DNA of 64,000 nt from NCBI RefSeq assembly GCF_036321535.1, contig NC_087437.1, positions 69,690,001 through 69,754,000 on the forward strand. The letters are read 5' to 3'. The notes beneath the pieces were generated by a model. It was not told the origin of the DNA. It worked only from the letters and a program-made list of their open reading frames with translations, and made no database searches. Below, one piece after another: positions 61,999 to 64,000 of this stretch (positions are counted from its first letter, which is position 1; each line of letters begins with the position of its first letter). This stretch comes from Camelus dromedarius. Taxonomy: Eukaryota. A program made the position numbers and the translations under genes.

Positions 61999-64000
61999 TA
62001 TAACAATTGTCTTCATCTAAGCAAAGAGTTCTCTGTAAGTTTTTCTTTTTCTTCCTTAAGGGATCATAAGAAATAAGCAAAAATTACCATTGGGATAAAA
62101 TGTTAAGAATTCTTACTTATTACACTTGAGTGAGACCTTAGGACGTGATGTGCCAAATCATTAGGGAGTATACTCTTTCTTTAAAGTCTCCGTAACAGGG
62201 GTTCTCTGTAAGGTTTAGTTATAACAAGACACAACCTGATAGCAGGACATATATTACCTTCTAAAGCCACCCTGTTTTTAACATGAAAAAAGCAGTTGGT
62301 TTTCTATTCTTGCTGAGAGCTGTTATCTTCGCAAAATATTTTCAGAATCTCTGTAGAAACACTATAGCATTACACAGGACAGACAGGGGAAGGAAGGAAA
62401 ATAAATCTGAAATTTATCTTGATACATTTTATTAATTGAAGGCTCTTTGCAATGAGAAAAAGGTCCTCTCTACACTTTCCTAGCTAAGTTCTTCTCTTCT
62501 GCTCCCTAGACTGGTGACTGGCCAGTTGGGGTAGTTTTCCATCAGTCAAAGCTATTTCCTGACCAAAGACTCTCAAGCTATTCAGGATCCACACCAAACC
62601 CTGGAAACTGTCTGAGAACGCACATGGCGGGGGTGCGTCCTCTAACTTAACCACCTCTTACAGACCCAGCCATTCTCAGTAAGGTGCTGGCTGACATGGC
62701 ACGTGTTTTAAAGCAAGACATTAGTTTTCATTCCATAAGATAGTATGAAGTTTTGACTGGCCATGTAATCTTTATATCATTCTACCTGCTCACTTTGCCC
62801 CTGACTTGCCTCCCAGATCAAATTAGACATCCACTGATCTAGTAGTAAAGGCTCCTATTTCCCAAAGAACCTCCACCCCAGGTTCCGTCTGCCTGGAGGA
62901 GATGTTCCTACTTACGGGAGCAAGCCCCAGAGGTGGACCTGGATCAGAAACCCAGGAAAGGGGAAGGATGCTGGTCTGGTTAAGAGAAATGGAGCAGTTG
63001 TACTCCCAAGCAGCTCCAGCTTAAGAGTCATCAAAAGCTCCCAGGCAATTGTCAATGAAACCAGTGCTGCCGCAGACGCTCAGCTACGGCGACCACCGGC
63101 TCCATCCATAGACCTGCCCCGTATCAACACTTGGACTCCAAGTCCTTGGACTATGAACACGTCTCTCCATCCTTTTATTATTTTCTGGCTCCTAGACAAT
63201 TAGCCTAACCTGCACTAGTAAATTTTTGCTTTAATATGTAAACTCCCAAGCACTGAACCAGCAATCCTGAGATTGCATAGCCTTCATGTAGCGTCAGTCC
63301 ACCCAGGTACATTATTATTTGAGTAAATTCTGAAAGAAAAAAGAAAACAAAACCTCCCAGACCCAAGAGGACTCACCAGGGGGAAAGACTGGGCACTCCT
63401 TCTGGATGGAGTCACTTCCTACAAGCAAGAGAGTAGGGTTGTGCCCTGGAAAAAGCTCTATAAACATGCGCCCCAGGTCTGGCCAGTCCCTCCCCACTCA
63501 GCCCTTCCCTAGTCTCACAAGTTACACGGCCCTGAACTGATCCCTGCCCTGGAGAGTTGTGTAGCCGAGAAAGCATGGAGCCAAGAGGAGGCCCGGGTCA
63601 CACCCACTAAATACACATGGGCTCTCTCAAGACACAGACACCCCTGAACCCACCTCCAGTCGTCATGCAGCCCCATTCTGAGACCTGGAGAACGGGACTC
63701 AGGGCATGACTTGAGATGCGATGGAGAACCAGACAGAGCCCTCCCTGGGCAGCCATTAATCCTTTGGGATACAAACTCCATCTTCCTGTGCAAAAACCCA
63801 AACCAGGCTTCCTGCTGTCGGGGAAGGATCAGATCCTTGGTCCTACATTGGCACTTCCTGGTGTTTTCCCCTCTTTGATCCTAATTTGTGAGAGAATAAC
63901 AGTACTTTCAGGAAGACAAGATTTTTGAATATCAACTAGTTGAACTGCCAAGAACCCCAATTACCCAACTCTGCTTCAGATCCTAAACGAATACCGAATA

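Noticed and set aside
164..63928. Most ORFs in the six-frame track
   Set aside because: Short, no recognisable domains, often repeat-derived. Only those overlapping LSAMP exons (13440, 22600, 29822, 47323, 53688) contain real coding segments, and their starts and most ends are intronic.
62830..64000. Possible ERV/LTR-derived sequence downstream of the gene (minus-strand GGTGAGT donor near 63372)
   Set aside because: I could not identify LTR termini, a primer-binding site or coding homology. Needs a Dfam search.
1..64000. CRISPR arrays, operons, rRNA or other prokaryote-type systems
   Set aside because: None seen. The sequence is a spliced mammalian gene with typical interspersed repeats.

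Overview
Mammalian genomic DNA, most likely camelid (three copies of a tRNA-Ala-derived SINE resembling camelid Vic-1, plus cetartiodactyl-type L1 3' ends). The window holds the 3' half of LSAMP (limbic system-associated membrane protein, an IgLON-family GPI-anchored neural adhesion molecule) on the + strand. It starts inside the long upstream intron. It contains coding exons at 13510-13644, 22664-22784 and 23276-23424, two frame-preserving microexons (29895-29930, 36 nt; 47549-47581, 33 nt) inside a 30.4-kb intron, the terminal GPI-signal exon (53797-53894) and an inferred ~7.8-kb 3' UTR ending near 61690. The rest is intronic or intergenic DNA with MIR, L2, L1 and MaLR remnants and microsatellites. 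Almost all ORFs in the supplied track are spurious. I see no evidence of a new multi-gene system. The best leads are: combinatorial stalk microexons and GPI-less outputs of LSAMP; a cluster of overlapping hairpins in the 3' UTR; a tiny TSD-flanked polyadenylated retrocopy of an unidentified RNA; two short local duplications; and candidate CTCF, tandem E-box and AP-1 sites. Repeat-family names and cross-species comparisons are from memory, not from database searches.
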